A stretch of 64,000 nucleotides of DNA, from contig NC_087436.1 of assembly GCF_036321535.1 (NCBI RefSeq), positions 11,842,001 through 11,906,000 of the forward strand, in the 5' to 3' direction. Positions 39,201 through 52,615 of the stretch are shown piece by piece. Positions within the stretch are counted from its first letter, which is position 1; every line of letters begins with the position of its first letter. Below the pieces are notes generated by a model that saw only the letters and a list, made by a program, of their open reading frames with translations, ran no database searches and was not told the origin of the DNA. A program made the translations under genes and the position numbers. Source of the stretch: Camelus dromedarius. Its lineage: Eukaryota.

Positions 39201-39824
39201 TGCAGGCTAACACTGAGGACTTTGCCAACCAATGGGTAACGTTCCTCCTCCCCTGCAGCTTGAAACACATGTGGAGCTAGGCACGGGAGCTAGGCAGTTA
39301 ACGATGGAAACATTACCCTGATTACTGGTAAAGTTGCTCAGAGAACATAGCTCTGTTTCTGAGGTCAAAACACATTGCTGGGGTTTCACCTAGTAGTCAG
39401 ATGTCTTTTCCTTGCCCCTGGCTTTGGAAAGGAGAGCAAACCAGAACACAGGCAGACTAGAGAGAACAAACATGCCTTCCTGAAGCTCACCAATCAGATA
39501 AGCCACCCTTTCTCCCTTGAGGAGGACAGGAAAGACGCTGGGTGAGTTGTTCCAGGTAAAGTTCCTTTACACGAAAACTTGAGGTCAGAATAAATAATCT
39601 CCCAATAACCTTCATTTGAGAGGACGGCAGAAGAACAGAATATAAAACAGTAATATGATGATGAGGAGGAGGCGGGGACAGACTAAAATGGCTAATAAAT
39701 GCTGAACACTTACCATGTGCCTGGAAGCCTTCCAAGTTCTTTATAATCCTTTACTTCTTTTCTTCAAAATGGATTTTTGACACTTTCTTGAGCATCTCAA
39801 GTAGTTTTTAATTCAAAGGAGGTA

Positions 39825-42800
39825 ATTTTTAATTCTTCCAGTCTTATTAAAGTGTAACTAATGTAGAGCACTGTAATAAGTTTAAGGGGCATAGCACAAT
39901 GATTATGATTAATTACTACAATAAATTTAGTGATCCATCATCTCATACAGATACAAAATAACAAAAGAGAAAAATATAAAAACTTTTTCCTTATGATGAG
40001 AACTCTGAGATTTACTCTTAGCAATTTTCACATATAATATACAGTAGTGTTAATTATATTAATCATGTTGTAAATTACATCCTTAATACTTACCTGTCTT
40101 ATAATTAGATGTTTGTACCTGTGGCCACCTTCATCCAGTATACTCTCCTCTCACCCCCTGCCTCTGGTAACCAAAAACCTGATCTCTTTGTCCCTAAGTC
40201 TGTTTGTATTTTGGAGTATAATTGACTTACAATACTATGTTAATTCCTGGTGATTTGGTATTTCTATATATTACAAAATGATCACCGCTGTAGGCTGTTA
40301 ACATCTGTTATCATCAAAGATTTTAGTTATTGCTGATTATATTTGTCACATTGTACATTTCATGCCCATGACATTTATTTTGTAACTGGAAGTTTATACT
40401 TCCTAATTTCCTTCATCTATTTCGCCCATCCGCCCCATCCCACTCTCTTCTGGAAATCACCTGTCTGTTCTCTGTATTATGACTCTGTGTTTTTTATGTT
40501 TATTCATTTGTTTTATTTAAAAATTTCCATGTAAAAGTGAAATCATACAGTATTTGTCTTTTTTCTTTTTTTATTTATGTATTTATTTTACAATATCATG
40601 TTTTTTAAATGGAAGAATAGTTGATGTACAATGTTACATGTTACAGATATACAATATAGTAATTCACAATTTTTAAAGGTTATACTCCATTTATAGTTAT
40701 AAAATATTGGCTGTATTCCCCATGTTGTACAGCACATCCTTGTAGCTTATTTTATACCTGACAATTTGTACCTTTTAATCCTCCACTCCATCTTGCCCTT
40801 CCCCCTCCCCTCTCCCCCTGGTAACCACTAGTTCGTCTCTACTTTGTGAGTCTGTTTCTTTTCTGTAATATTCACTAGTTTGTTGTATTTTTTTAGATTC
40901 CACATGTAAGTGGTATCTTACAGTATTTGTTCCTCTCTCTCTGACCCACTTCACTTAGCATAATGCTTTCTAAGTCCATCCATGCTGTACACCGTAAAAT
41001 AATACAACATTTTAAATCAATTGTACTTCAGTTAAAAAGCAAGCAAACAAAAAACCAATCCATTTAAAAAATGGGCAGAACTGAACAGACATTTTTCCAA
41101 AAGAAGAAATGCAGATGGCCAACAGGAACATGAAAAGCTGTTCAACATCATTAATAACACCAGGGAAATGCAAATCAAGATCACAATGGCAATCATCAAG
41201 AAGAACAAAAATAACAAGTGTTGGCAAGGATGTGGAGAAAGGGGAACCCTTGTACACTGTTGGTGGGAATGTAAATTAGTGCCGTCACTATGGAAAACGA
41301 TATGGAGGTTTCTCAAAAAACTAAAATAGAACCACCACATGGCCCAGCAACTTCACTCCTGGGCACACATCAGAGAAAAGATACATACACCCTGCTATTA
41401 ACAGCAACATTATTTATAACTGACAAGATATGGAAGCATCCTAAATGCACATCAGTAGATGAATGGATAAAGAAGATGTAGCATATCTATGTAATGGAAT
41501 GCAACTGACCCATTAAAAAGAAGGATATTTTGCCATTTGCAGCCCTTCATTCACTTTTTTTTTTCACTTAAAAAACCAGCATTTAATAACTGGCATAAAC
41601 ATTTCCACTGCATCAAAAACAACAAAATATCTAGAAATAAACTTAACCTAGGAGGTTACCTATACTCAGAAATCTGTAAAATATTGATAAAGGAAATTAA
41701 ATATGATACGAAGAAATCGAAAAATATCTTGTGCTCTTGGATTGGAAGAATCAACATTATCAAAATGGCTGTACTACTCAAAGCAATCCACAGACCCACT
41801 GCAACCCCTGTTAAAATATGACATTTTTCACAGAACTAGAACAATTCCAAAACTTATATGGAACCATAAAAGACCCTAAATTGCCAAAGCAGTCTTTTAT
41901 AGGTCTTTTTTTCCCTCATTCTTTTTGTTCTCTTTTCTTAAGATTTGATGACTAGAGAAGTTCCTTTAATATTTGTTGTAAAGCTGATTTAGTGCTGAAT
42001 TCTTTTAGCTTTTGTTTGTCTATGAAGCTTTTGATTTCTCCATCAAATCTGAACGAGAGCCTTGCTGGATAGAGTATTCTTGGCTGTAAGTTTTTTGCCA
42101 TCATTACTTTAAACTCTTTCTCAGATAAATTACCTGTCTCCTCATCACTTATTTCTTCTTCTGATATTTTATCTTGTGCCTTGGCGTAGGAGACATTCCT
42201 CTGCCACCTCTTATTGTCTGTCTTTCTATTTATATTTTTAGGTTGGTTAGTTATTTTTCTCCACCTTGGAGAAGTGGCCCTCTGTGGGAGATGTCCTATG
42301 TGTCTCAGCGGTACACTCCTCTCTTGTCACCCAAAGGCCAGGGTCCAGCTGGTCCCAGTGTAGAGCCTGGCTTGTGTATCTGCCCCCTGGTGGATGAGGA
42401 TGGACTAGACGCTTACGTAGATTTCCTGGCAGGAGGAGTCCGTGCCTGCCCACTGCTGGGTTGAAGGCTGGCCCTGGCCCTCTGGTGGGTAAGGCTGTTT
42501 GTGACTCAGGAAGTCTGCTGATGGGTGGGGCTGTGTTCTCACCCAGTATGTTGTTTGGCTTGGGGCTTCCCAGCCCTTAAGCCTACAGGCTGTTGGGTGG
42601 GGCTGGGTCTTGACGCTAATGATCCAATCAAGATGCCAGCCTCCAAGAAAGCTCATGCAGATGAACACTCTGGGAATGTCTGCCACCAGCTTTTATGTCC
42701 CCTGGGTGAGAAGCAGCCGTCCCCCACATCCCCAGGAGACCCTCCAAAACCAGAAGGCAGTTTTCCATGAAATCATTGCCTCTGCCCTTAGACCTGGCAC

Positions 42801-43330
42801 ACATGAGATTCTGTTTGCTTTCCAAGAGAATGAAGTCTCTGTTTCTCCCAGTCCTGTGGGGCTTCTGGAGTTAAGTCCCACTGGGCTTCAAAACCAGATG
42901 TCCTAGGGTCTCCTCCTCCCACTGCCAGAACCCTGGGCTGGGGAGCCTGACATGGAGCTTAGAGCTCTCACTCCCGTGGGAGGGCCTCTGTGACTTAATT
43001 ATTCTCCAACTTGTGGGTCACCCACCTGGGGGGTATGGAGCCTGATTATAATTCGAGCATGTCCCGCCTACCATCCTGCTGTGGTTCCCTCTTTATGTTT
43101 CCAGCTGAAAAAATATCTTTTCTCGAGGCTCCAGTCTTTTTTTCCAATGGTTGTTTAGCAATCGCTTGTGGTTTTGTTGCAGCTGCGAAGAGAGGCGAGC
43201 TTGTGGACCTACTACTCCGCCATCTTTCATACACTATTTGTCTTTGTCTAGCTTATTTCACTTAGCATAATATCCTCTACATCCATCTATGTCATCAAAA
43301 AGGCCAAGATTTCATTGTTTTTTATGGCTA

Positions 43331-43370
<40 letters not shown>

Positions 43371-44520
43371 CCACCATGTTTTCCTTGTAGTTGATTTTTA
43401 ATCTCATACCATGTGGTCAAAAAGATACTTCATATGATTTCAATCTTCTTAAATTTATTGAGAATTTTTTTTTTGTCCTACATGTAATCTACCTGGAGAA
43501 AGTTCTATGTGCCCTTGAAACGAATGTGTATTCTGCTACTTTTGGATGGGTGTTCTATATATATATCTATTAAGTCCATTTGTTCCAATGTATCATTTAA
43601 GCCCATTTCATTGATTTTCTGTTTGAATGATCTTTCCACTGATGTAAATAGAGTGTTAAGGTTCCCTATTATTATTTTGTTGCTGTCAATTTCTCACTTT
43701 ATGTTTGTTAATGTTTGTTTTATGTATTTAGGTGCTCCTATGTTGGGTGCATATATATTTACAGTTGTTACCCTTCTTGTTGGACTGATTCCTTTATTAT
43801 CATGTAATGTCCTTCTTTGTCTCTCTTTAGTTTTTTCTTTTTTAAAGTCTACCTTGTCTGATATAGATATTGGTACTCCAGTTTTTTATTTTTTTATTTC
43901 TTTTTATTTCCATTTGAATGGAATACTTTTTACATCCTCTCACTCTCAACCTGTGAGTGTCTTTACATATTAAGTGAGTCTCTTGAGACAGCATATGGTC
44001 CTTTTTTAAAAAAAAAATTAATTAAACTGCTCTATGTCTTTTTATTGGAGTTTTTATTCTATTTACATTTAAAGTAATTACTTATAGGTGTGTACTTATT
44101 GTCCTTTGGATGATTGTTTTCTGGTTGTTTTATAGTTCTTTTTTGTTTTTTTCCTCTTTTGCTCTCTTTTGTGACTTGATGACTATCTTTAGCGTTATGT
44201 TTGGATTCTTTTCTCTTTTTATGTTTGAATCTATTAATGGCTCCCCTCCCCCTACTTCTTTGGGAGAACCTCTGCAATTTTGACTGTCCTCTCATTTGTG
44301 ATGCCTACCTGAGGGCGTAGGTCTTGACTATCCTGTGTCTCCACCCTCTTTCCCTTCTTGTTGAGGTTCCTTCTTTATATATTTAGTGGAAATTTTTTTT
44401 TTTTTTGCTAGTCTTCAGGTCATTCTCATTGATAGTTGCTCTGTAAATAATAGTAATTTAGGTGTGCCTGTGTGAGGAGTTAAGTTCAGGGTCTTCTTAG
44501 ACTGTTATCTTGGCCTCTAT
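39825..44520. mobile_element. LINE-1 mosaic: minus 3'UTRs (39825-40985), plus pieces (40990-41543, 41600-41895), minus deleted ORF1 and 5'UTR (41900-43226), minus ORF2-EN/inter-ORF/5'UTR (43235-44520)
   Basis: ORF2 remnants (ILCSWIGRINIIKMAVL; HPKCTSVDEWIKKM), L1 5' YY1-like gccatctt at 43219, (TA)n at 43336-43362. Confidence 0.88.
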
Positions 44521-45124
44521 GGGACTACAATTATTGGCTTCTTTAATGCTTACTACATGCATGAGGTGTAGGTAAGGACATGGAGACACATGTAAGCTGT
44601 TGATCCAGGATCTGAATCCAGGCAGTGTGGTTCACAAATTGGTCTCTTGAGGAGTATTATTCTTAGGTAGTGGAGGAGCAGAATAACAAATAGCAGAACA
44701 TGGTGACATGAGGCTGCGACAGGAGGGGGTTCATGTTCAATATAAAGTGCAGCAAGAATTTAACTACATACAGATCTTCAGCTCCATGCTGTGATTTGTA
44801 TACTGTGACACTGTGAGCTTCAAAGTATAAAGAAAAAAAAAGCAAAACCAGACAAGACAGTTGTTCATTTCAAGATCTCAACATGAAGAACAAGTTAACC
44901 AGAGCATTAAGGTAAACACCTTAATATCTTGAATCAATTCATTTCCTAATATTAAAATCTAAGTACAGGGGTTTCTTCTGTGTAGACACAAACTTTTAAC
45001 ATTCAATTTGACATGGGTGGTATTAAATAGATGTTTAAGTAAAACAGAAAACCCAATCTAGTTGTGCCAAATGATCAGACTAATTGTATAATCCTGATAT
45101 TTTCATTACATTTTGTACAGTCAA

Positions 45125-45300
45125 TGTGAGAAGGTGAACTGGGACTTAGATTTCAAAAGATTGGGGTTTGAGTCCTGCATTTGTCTTAAAAAATCAAATC
45201 ACATTTCTAACCCTAGTTCTTTTATAATGGGGCAAATAATACATACTTTTCACATGATTCCTGCAGTGATATGAGAAGGATGCTGTGAATCGTGAACCTT
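45125..45300 (+). mobile_element. MIR remnant
   Basis: gaactgggacttagatttcaaaagattggggtttgagtcctg...ataatggggcaaataat. Confidence 0.55.
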
Positions 45301-48300
45301 TGAACCACATTTAGAAGATCTCTGAGTCTTGTCTTTACTGTCGTTGTCAGCTGGCGATGCTAGTAAAAACACCATCTCGTGAACTAGATTCCTTGGATCT
45401 TTCTGCTGTGAAAAATTGGGAAATCGATCAGATGTCCCTATTACTTTTTTGAAATATCTGTTTTTAAGTACCTTGCTGCCTAAATTACAGGCTTCAGAGC
45501 AAGATCTAGACATCTTCATACTGACCTGTGCGCTAGGGCAGACATGTTGAAATCTTTTGACTTATTGAAAGCACAGTTCCACATTATTCTCAGTAAGGTA
45601 ATAGCTGAGATGCAGTGTGTGCTGCTTTTTAGGGTGCTGTCCTGGGCCATCTGTCTGCAGTTTCTTCTGCTAGTCTCCTCTGGAAATTTCAAGATGGTAT
45701 GGTTGTCCTTAATTTTTTATTGGCAGATAAGTTAAGAACACAATATAGGCTCTGGTCTCCCAGAACAAGCAAAAGCAGCTTTGTAGGCATTTCTAATTTA
45801 CGGCATCCTGTGTCTCTGAAGATCTTTGGTACAAATATCTGTAAATTTTGAAATTTCTGTAATTTCTCTTGCCTGCCAGGTTTTAATTCAGACAGTAGGT
45901 GCTTCTGACGACATAGAAAACTAGCAGCAGTGTGACATTGAGGTTTTTAAGAATATGCTAGAAAAAGTGATGGCTGTGATCATGAAATCGGAGTGAAAAA
46001 CTGCCTACTCGCTTGTTTTATGAGGCCTCTACCAGTCTGTGCTCCCACGCACACACAAGAGTGCTCAGCTTTTATTCTACACCATTTGGTATGTCATTAA
46101 ACATATATCATCATTAAACATTTATTTATTTGTCCGTATAATCCGAATGTAACAGCTGCCAGACACAAGCAGTCGTGCTCAACCACATATATGTTTACAA
46201 AAACAGGTCATTTCTGAATATGAAGACCCCTTAAGACAGAACAATGTCAAGTTTGAAGTGACCCAAGGTAAGGAAGATGCTAATCATCATCGTGATGATT
46301 GTGGTCCTGCTTCTGGCTCCCAAGTCCTGGAGGATGTTTATATGTACATATAGATCCCTCACCCCCAACTCCCAGACAGTTCTGGATAGAAAGGCCAGAG
46401 GTCACAGAGCTTTGTCCCCCTCCCAAGGTCAGCAGTAAGATAAGCCATGTTTCCTGCTGCGGGGAGGAGAGGGGAGAGGCTGGAGAGAAGCTGAAGTGTC
46501 ACCCTCTTTGAAGTTCCCTCATGTGTTAACAGGAGGCCTGAACAAGTGTCCCCTTAAGCAATCAGCACCTGAGGGCAGGGCAGAGGGACCGCAGGCAGCA
46601 CAGTGATATGATGGCCATGCACTCTGTAGGTGGCTTGTCCAAATCAAGGGGCAATCAAGGTTTTCTTTTTCTTTCTTCCCCCAGTGCCTGCATACTCTTC
46701 TTTCTGACCTACCCTAGGCTTAGTGGAGTTGGGCAGGGCAGTCTCCCTTCAAATTTTCTGGCATCAGAGTCACAAACATATCTTGATGTCTCCATTGTCT
46801 TTTGGAAACTTTAATCCCGTGTTGGAGGAAGGGAGCAGGCTCAGCCCTGTCTAGCTCTACTCCAGAATCTTTTCCTGATGTGAGAAGGGCTTCTCCTCCC
46901 GGGGGTGGGGGTGGCATGTTATCCAGAACACTTCCACATGCTCTGGTTAACTTTTATGTATGTTCCAGTCCTTTACCTTGGCTCCTTGGGTCACACAAAT
47001 TCCTTCTTTTTGGAACAAAGCTTTGCTCTCCCAAGTCAAAGCCTTGTCTCCAAATGGGGCTTTTAGAGCTTGTTTTGTTAGCATAAAGATGAACATTTCT
47101 TCTTTGGTTCTGGGTTCTGCCTTTGTCAAATGAAGGACACCTCCATCCTGCTGAGGGCAGGTTGTCTATTAGCAGGAAATACCACGTATGAAAACATCAG
47201 ATGCTCCTTCTCAGTGTACGTCTGAAGCACCACGTCGAAAACAACATTCTCTCCCTCCCACTTCTTACACAGGGAACATTGGCTCTGTTACCTCCTAGAT
47301 CACATCATTGCCTCATTACATCCTCCCAGTTCTAACTACAGCTCTAACCCCTCTTGAGTTGTGCGTGCTGATATGATAGGTGTATATCTTGAACTGAGCA
47401 GCCCCGGGGAGAAAAGAGGTCCTTGAGCTACACGTAAACTAAAGGATGCTCCGTAGCCTCATGTCCTGCAGTAATTTCTGTTCTGGCTCCCCTGTCTCAG
47501 CCACGCCACGTGTCTAAGGCTCTTGACATATCTTCAGAAGAATAAAGAAACATGCCTTCATCATTTAGGCCCATCTCCTTCAGCGCCTAGAGGCGAACAC
47601 AATGGCCCCAAGATCAGGACACTTGGCACAACTCACATGCTCACTTGTAAAACTATTGAAGATGAAATGCTCTGATTCAGGGACAGCTTCAGATGACTTT
47701 CGGACACTTCTGAGATCACATCCTGGCTCTGTGACCAGCACTTATAAGTATAATTAATTTTTCTGGCAAGGAGTTAGTGGAAGTGGTGATTTTACAGCTG
47801 AAATCTGCCTTAGGGAAAGCGTTTTAGGAGTGAAACATGTAAGATGTCATGCAGAACAGGCTTTCCTTTTGCCCTTCTGGACACACACCTGTCAGCTGTA
47901 AGCCTGGGCTCTGTGCCAGTTTAAAAATGCGGATTATAGATCTGCTGGGTCCAGACAAGGACATTCCAAACCCTAAGGCCTCTCCCCCCTTCTCGTGCTC
48001 ACTCTTCTCTGAAGAGGTGGGGAGGCAAAAGTTATTCTTGTTTCCTTGTGGGCGAAGCTTTGTCTTTATAGACTGCATTTCTGTTCCTGATGTATCTGTT
48101 TGTCTTTCGGCTACCCGTTCCCTTGTAATCACCTCCAGGAGCCCCGAATGGGTGTCCTCGCTGTGTACTCTCGTATCATCACGTGTGTTTATCAGTGCTT
48201 GTCTCACGCTTGTCCTCCCCCTCAGCTCACAAACACTGTGCGGAGTCACCTGAACGTCGTCGGTCCTTAGCCCGGTGCCTGCCTGGTACACTGTGCCGCT

Positions 48301-48740
48301 GCGGCTGGGGAGACAGCGGGCTTTCCCTCCACTTAACACTCTTGGAAAAGGCCCCTTATCACGACTCACAGGAGTTGGATATTACACTTTATTTCTCTAT
48401 CTAGCTAGATATGACCTTGCACTGCCATTTAACTTTTGTTTCTTAACCCATGACAGCGTTTAAGGTATCTTTTTGCTTTAAAAGCCTGGTAGTCTAAACA
48501 TCTAACATGTCCTTCCATATATTCCAATATTAGCCGTGGAACTTGCCCTCCAGTGAGAACATTAACAGGACAAAAACACATTTGTCTTTATATCCCTTTA
48601 GGAGGAAATTAATGAACACTCTCTGTAGTACTTACGCCCTTAGGACACAAAAGAAGTGACAGTTTTACTCCGTGGACTCAGCAGTTTATAATTATCATCA
48701 ATGTTGATGACTACAGCAAGAATACTCTCAAAAGTTCTTT

Positions 48741-48859
48741 TTAAAAAAATTTTTTTGGAGGGGAGAGTTAATTAGGTTTATTTATTTATTTATTAACGGA
48801 GGCACTGGGGGTTGAACCCAGGACCTCGTGCATGCTAAGCACACGCTATACAGTCTCTC
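48741..48859 (-). mobile_element. tRNA-Ala-derived SINE (Vic-1-like)
   Basis: Minus strand reads gcgtgtgcttagcatgcacgaggtcctgggttcaacccccagtgcc, (AAAT)n tail, perfect 14-bp TSD ctcaaaagttcttt (48727-48740 and 48860-48873). Confidence 0.92.
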
Positions 48860-49719
48860 CTCAAAAGTTCTTTAGTAGAGGACTTTTTCCTAGCATTCTC
48901 TCATTTGGCATCTCAGGGAATTATCCACTCAGTGATAGAGTGTGGATTTTTCTTTGCTGAATCTCTTCCTGGATAGTTATTCTTGCCTCTTGTCTTCATC
49001 TTCATCTCCGTCTCCTTTCTCTTTTCTCTTCTACTTCTCTTTTCTTGTTTTCATTAAGTCTGAAGGCCCTTTTCCCCCTTGGCTCATTGCAGAGTCACAC
49101 TTTACTTTTTGCCACACCTGTATACCACATTCTGGGCTGCTTGCCGCCTTGCTAATGTTTCTGCATTTTCCTTTGTAAGCATATGATCCCTTGTCCTGTG
49201 CAGAGGTTTCATTGCCTGCAGAACCCTCATCCTTGTAATTCTAGGAGCCTTGTACTTCCCTGGGTATTTCTGACTTGAAGTTTGGCCAATTGTGTCTTAC
49301 AAAGTCAGCAGGTTTCCTCCAAATATTATCACTAAGTGTTTCCTATGTGAAATCCTGTCCTTTCCAGCATACTTGGAAGAAGGAAATCAAAAAAAGCAAC
49401 ATGGGTATTTATATAGGACTTTTATCCTTACAGCCAACTGCTTGTGGATCCCTAGATAACTTTAGTGGGAGTAGACTCCTGATGGGGGCTGGGCAAATAA
49501 AGGTAAGATGGTGAAAGTTATTTGTTTGTTTGGTTTATTTTGTTTTTAGCTTCTGTTTCTCATGTGTTTAATATTTCAAGAACAAATTTGAACTTTGGCT
49601 CCATTTGTGATGTTTACATTTTTAGTCACATCTTTATATCAAAGGTGATATGCTGATAGCATAGTTTCCTTATAAAAATATTTGCAGCTTTTAATTGCAG
49701 TTACTTAGATGTATTTAAA

Positions 49720-50405
49720 AAATTTGTTTTAGTTGAAGTATATAGTTGATTTACAATGTTGTGTTAGTTTCAGGTGTACAGCCAAGTGATTCAGTGATAT
49801 CTATGTATCTATATCTATTCTTTTTCAGATTCTTTCCATTATAGGTTATTACAAGATACTGAATATAGTTTCCTGTACTATACAGTAGAAATATTTTTAA
49901 AATCTATTATATATATAGTAGTGTGTATATGTTAATCCCAAACTCCTAATTTATCCCCCACTTCCCCTTTGGTAACCATAGTTTGTTTCTATGTCCGTAA
50001 GTCTATTTCTGGTTTGTAAATAAGTTCATTTGTGTCATTTTTCTTTTAGGATTCCACATATAAGTGATATCATATGATATTCGTTTTTGTCTGACTTACT
50101 TCACGTAATATGATAATCTCTTGGTCCAGCCATGTTTCTGCAAATGACATTATTTCATTCTTGTTATCCATTCATCGATGGACATTTAGATTGCTTTCAT
50201 GTCTTGGCTATTTTAAATAGTGTTTCTATGGACATTAAGGTGCATGTATCTTTTTGAGTTCAAGATTTCTCTGGATGTATGTCCAGGAGTGGAATTGCTG
50301 GATCATATGGTAAGGCTATTTTTAGTTTTTTAAGGAACCACTGTACTGTTCTCCATGATGGCTGCACCAATTTACATTCCTACCATCAGTGTAGGAAGGT
50401 TTCCT
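49720..50405 (-). mobile_element. LINE-1 3' fragment
   Basis: L1 3'UTR homologous to 4479-5385, 19103-19900 and 57005-57700. Confidence 0.92.
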
Positions 50406-52189
50406 TGGTTAAAGTCTTTTTAAATGTCCCATAGGGAGTAATCAGGCTTGTGTGACCTCAGCAGAGTTGTTTTGAGTTAGCTCCCTCAGTGTTAGGGAAT
50501 CTGAGTAAGTTTCTAGAGTTCAAGGCATTTCTATGCCCTCTGCAGAGTGGAGAAGTACAGAGCATGCAGACTACCCCTAGGTCTTTAAGCAAGTTTCTAG
50601 TAAGTTCTGTAGAGCGGCTTAGTCCTGGGAAGGATGCAAACTGACAATTGATACCTACTTTTCAGTCTTAGGTGTCTGAAATGGGAGGGTGGGGCAGTTC
50701 TTGGAGATTGAACAGTAATTTTTAACGGGCATGACCGGTAAGGAAATGGCCAGGAAATTTTTGAATAGAAACTTTGAATTCAAGTTATGAATTCAAGAAC
50801 AGAAATGTTGAATATGGAACATAAAAGTAATGTTGAGTCTTTTGAAACTTAACTCTTAGAAGACTTAAGAAAAAATATATTTCAGTTCATGTATTTCCAT
50901 GAAAATATTGTGTATTTTTTTGTTCCTTAAAACTTTTATATTAGTCAAGAGGATATGAGAAACAAGAGACAATGAGCACTACAAAAGGGCCTATTAAAAT
51001 TATTAGGTTGGACTAAGTTTAAACTATATTGGATCTTTCCTTCCTCCCTCCCTCCCTTCCTCCTTCCTTCCTTCCTTCCTTTCTCCAATCAGCCACTGGT
51101 AGGGGCTTTGGAGGAGGGTTGGATTTATGTTTTGCATTCCTGAGTTCACTTTTCTGGGCCAACACTTCCACCTTCTTTCAACCTAATGTAGACTCGATAT
51201 CTTCTGTTCTACGAAAACATCTGATAACCTCGTCAGCAGTAAAGTGATACTAACAATATTTTGCTTCTTTCAGAAAGACTTACATTTCAGTGAAGCCCAA
51301 GAAAGGTCCAATGCTACAAGCAAAGAAAGGACGACACTAGCAAACTCTCAGGTTTCTTGGGTTGACTGAGCAAAGAATGCAGGCAGTAATTTTTCTCTCA
51401 AAGCTCAACACATATACATCTACTGAGATAGGGAATGAAGTACCTACCAGATGACTGTTCTCTGTTCCAGACCACAGGAATCCCCATTATTTCAAAAGTT
51501 TTCTTTTCCCATAAAGTGGAAGGTATTTGTCTGGGCAATTGTACTAGGGAGTAGCTCAACGTTAGCCAACTATCCCGGAACAGGTGCCAAGTGTGAAGCA
51601 GGGAAGGGAGAGATTTGCTTAGAAGACAGAACTGGCTCTGGTCTTCACCACGGGGGTCTGCAGTGCATCTCAGACGAGGTGTCGGCAAGACTGTTACTGC
51701 CACCTCCCTGCAGAGAAGCAGGACTCAATCTGGAAGTGAGTGAAGGAAAGTGAGGGGGTTAGAACATTTTGGGGACACATCTTTAGATATCTTTAGCTAT
51801 TTTCCAAATAAAGTCTGGAGAAACATATGATGGTGTGAATCACAGTTCATTTTCATAAGGTGCAAATCTACGTCTGTTGTTTGACCTTGGTTGACTGTGA
51901 AAAATGAATCTCAGTTTCAATTATGACAATTATGAGTAGTGAGACAGTAGAAAGAATAAAACAGATTGTTACACTGAATAAATAGTGTTGTACTGAAGGT
52001 GTGCACAGGTGTTCTGTCTACAGTGAATGGAATTTCCAGGTCATAATTAAAAAGAATCACATATTACAGTAAAAGGACAAAGAAATCATAGCGTGTATTA
52101 AAGCATTCATAGGCAAAATAACAATTAAGCAACTAGTATATTGCAAACGAAAGTACTTTTTCATGGGAGTTCTATATGCTTTGGGACAG

Positions 52190-52340
52190 TGTGGTTTAGA
52201 AAAGTGATTTTGAGTGTGACCTTTGGGAACAGAAAGTCATGGGTTTGGATTCTGGCTGAATGACCTCAGGCAGTCACTTAAAGTCTCCATGAGGCATTCT
52301 CATCTGCAGAAATAGGGGTAACAATTATTATGGTAAAGAA
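52190..52340 (+). mobile_element. MIR remnant
   Basis: gggtttggattctggc...tgacctcaggcagtcacttaa...ctcatctgcagaaataggg. Confidence 0.65.
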
Positions 52341-52615
52341 TGGCTTAGACTCTCAGATTTTAATTTATGCCATTGACCAGGGAATCATGAGAGACCCACA
52401 AAACATTTCATTCTGTTCTGCTTGCATTCAGATTAGAGGTCTTTTTCCTTATTACATACACACCACATGCACACATACATGCAAAGACTAAAGGGGTTGA
52501 AGAAATCCCAGAGACATTAATCCATAGATAACTAAAGGTGATGAGAGCAATGGAGGCAAATACTGCAGAACAAAGGAGTAGTAAGTATTGTGGGGGAAGA
52601 GACGCTATCATTTTA

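Noticed and set aside
47824..48369. Longest ORF in the window (181 aa) and overlapping 134-aa plus ORF
   Set aside because: No recognisable homology. Overlapping ORFs on both strands are expected from local GC richness.
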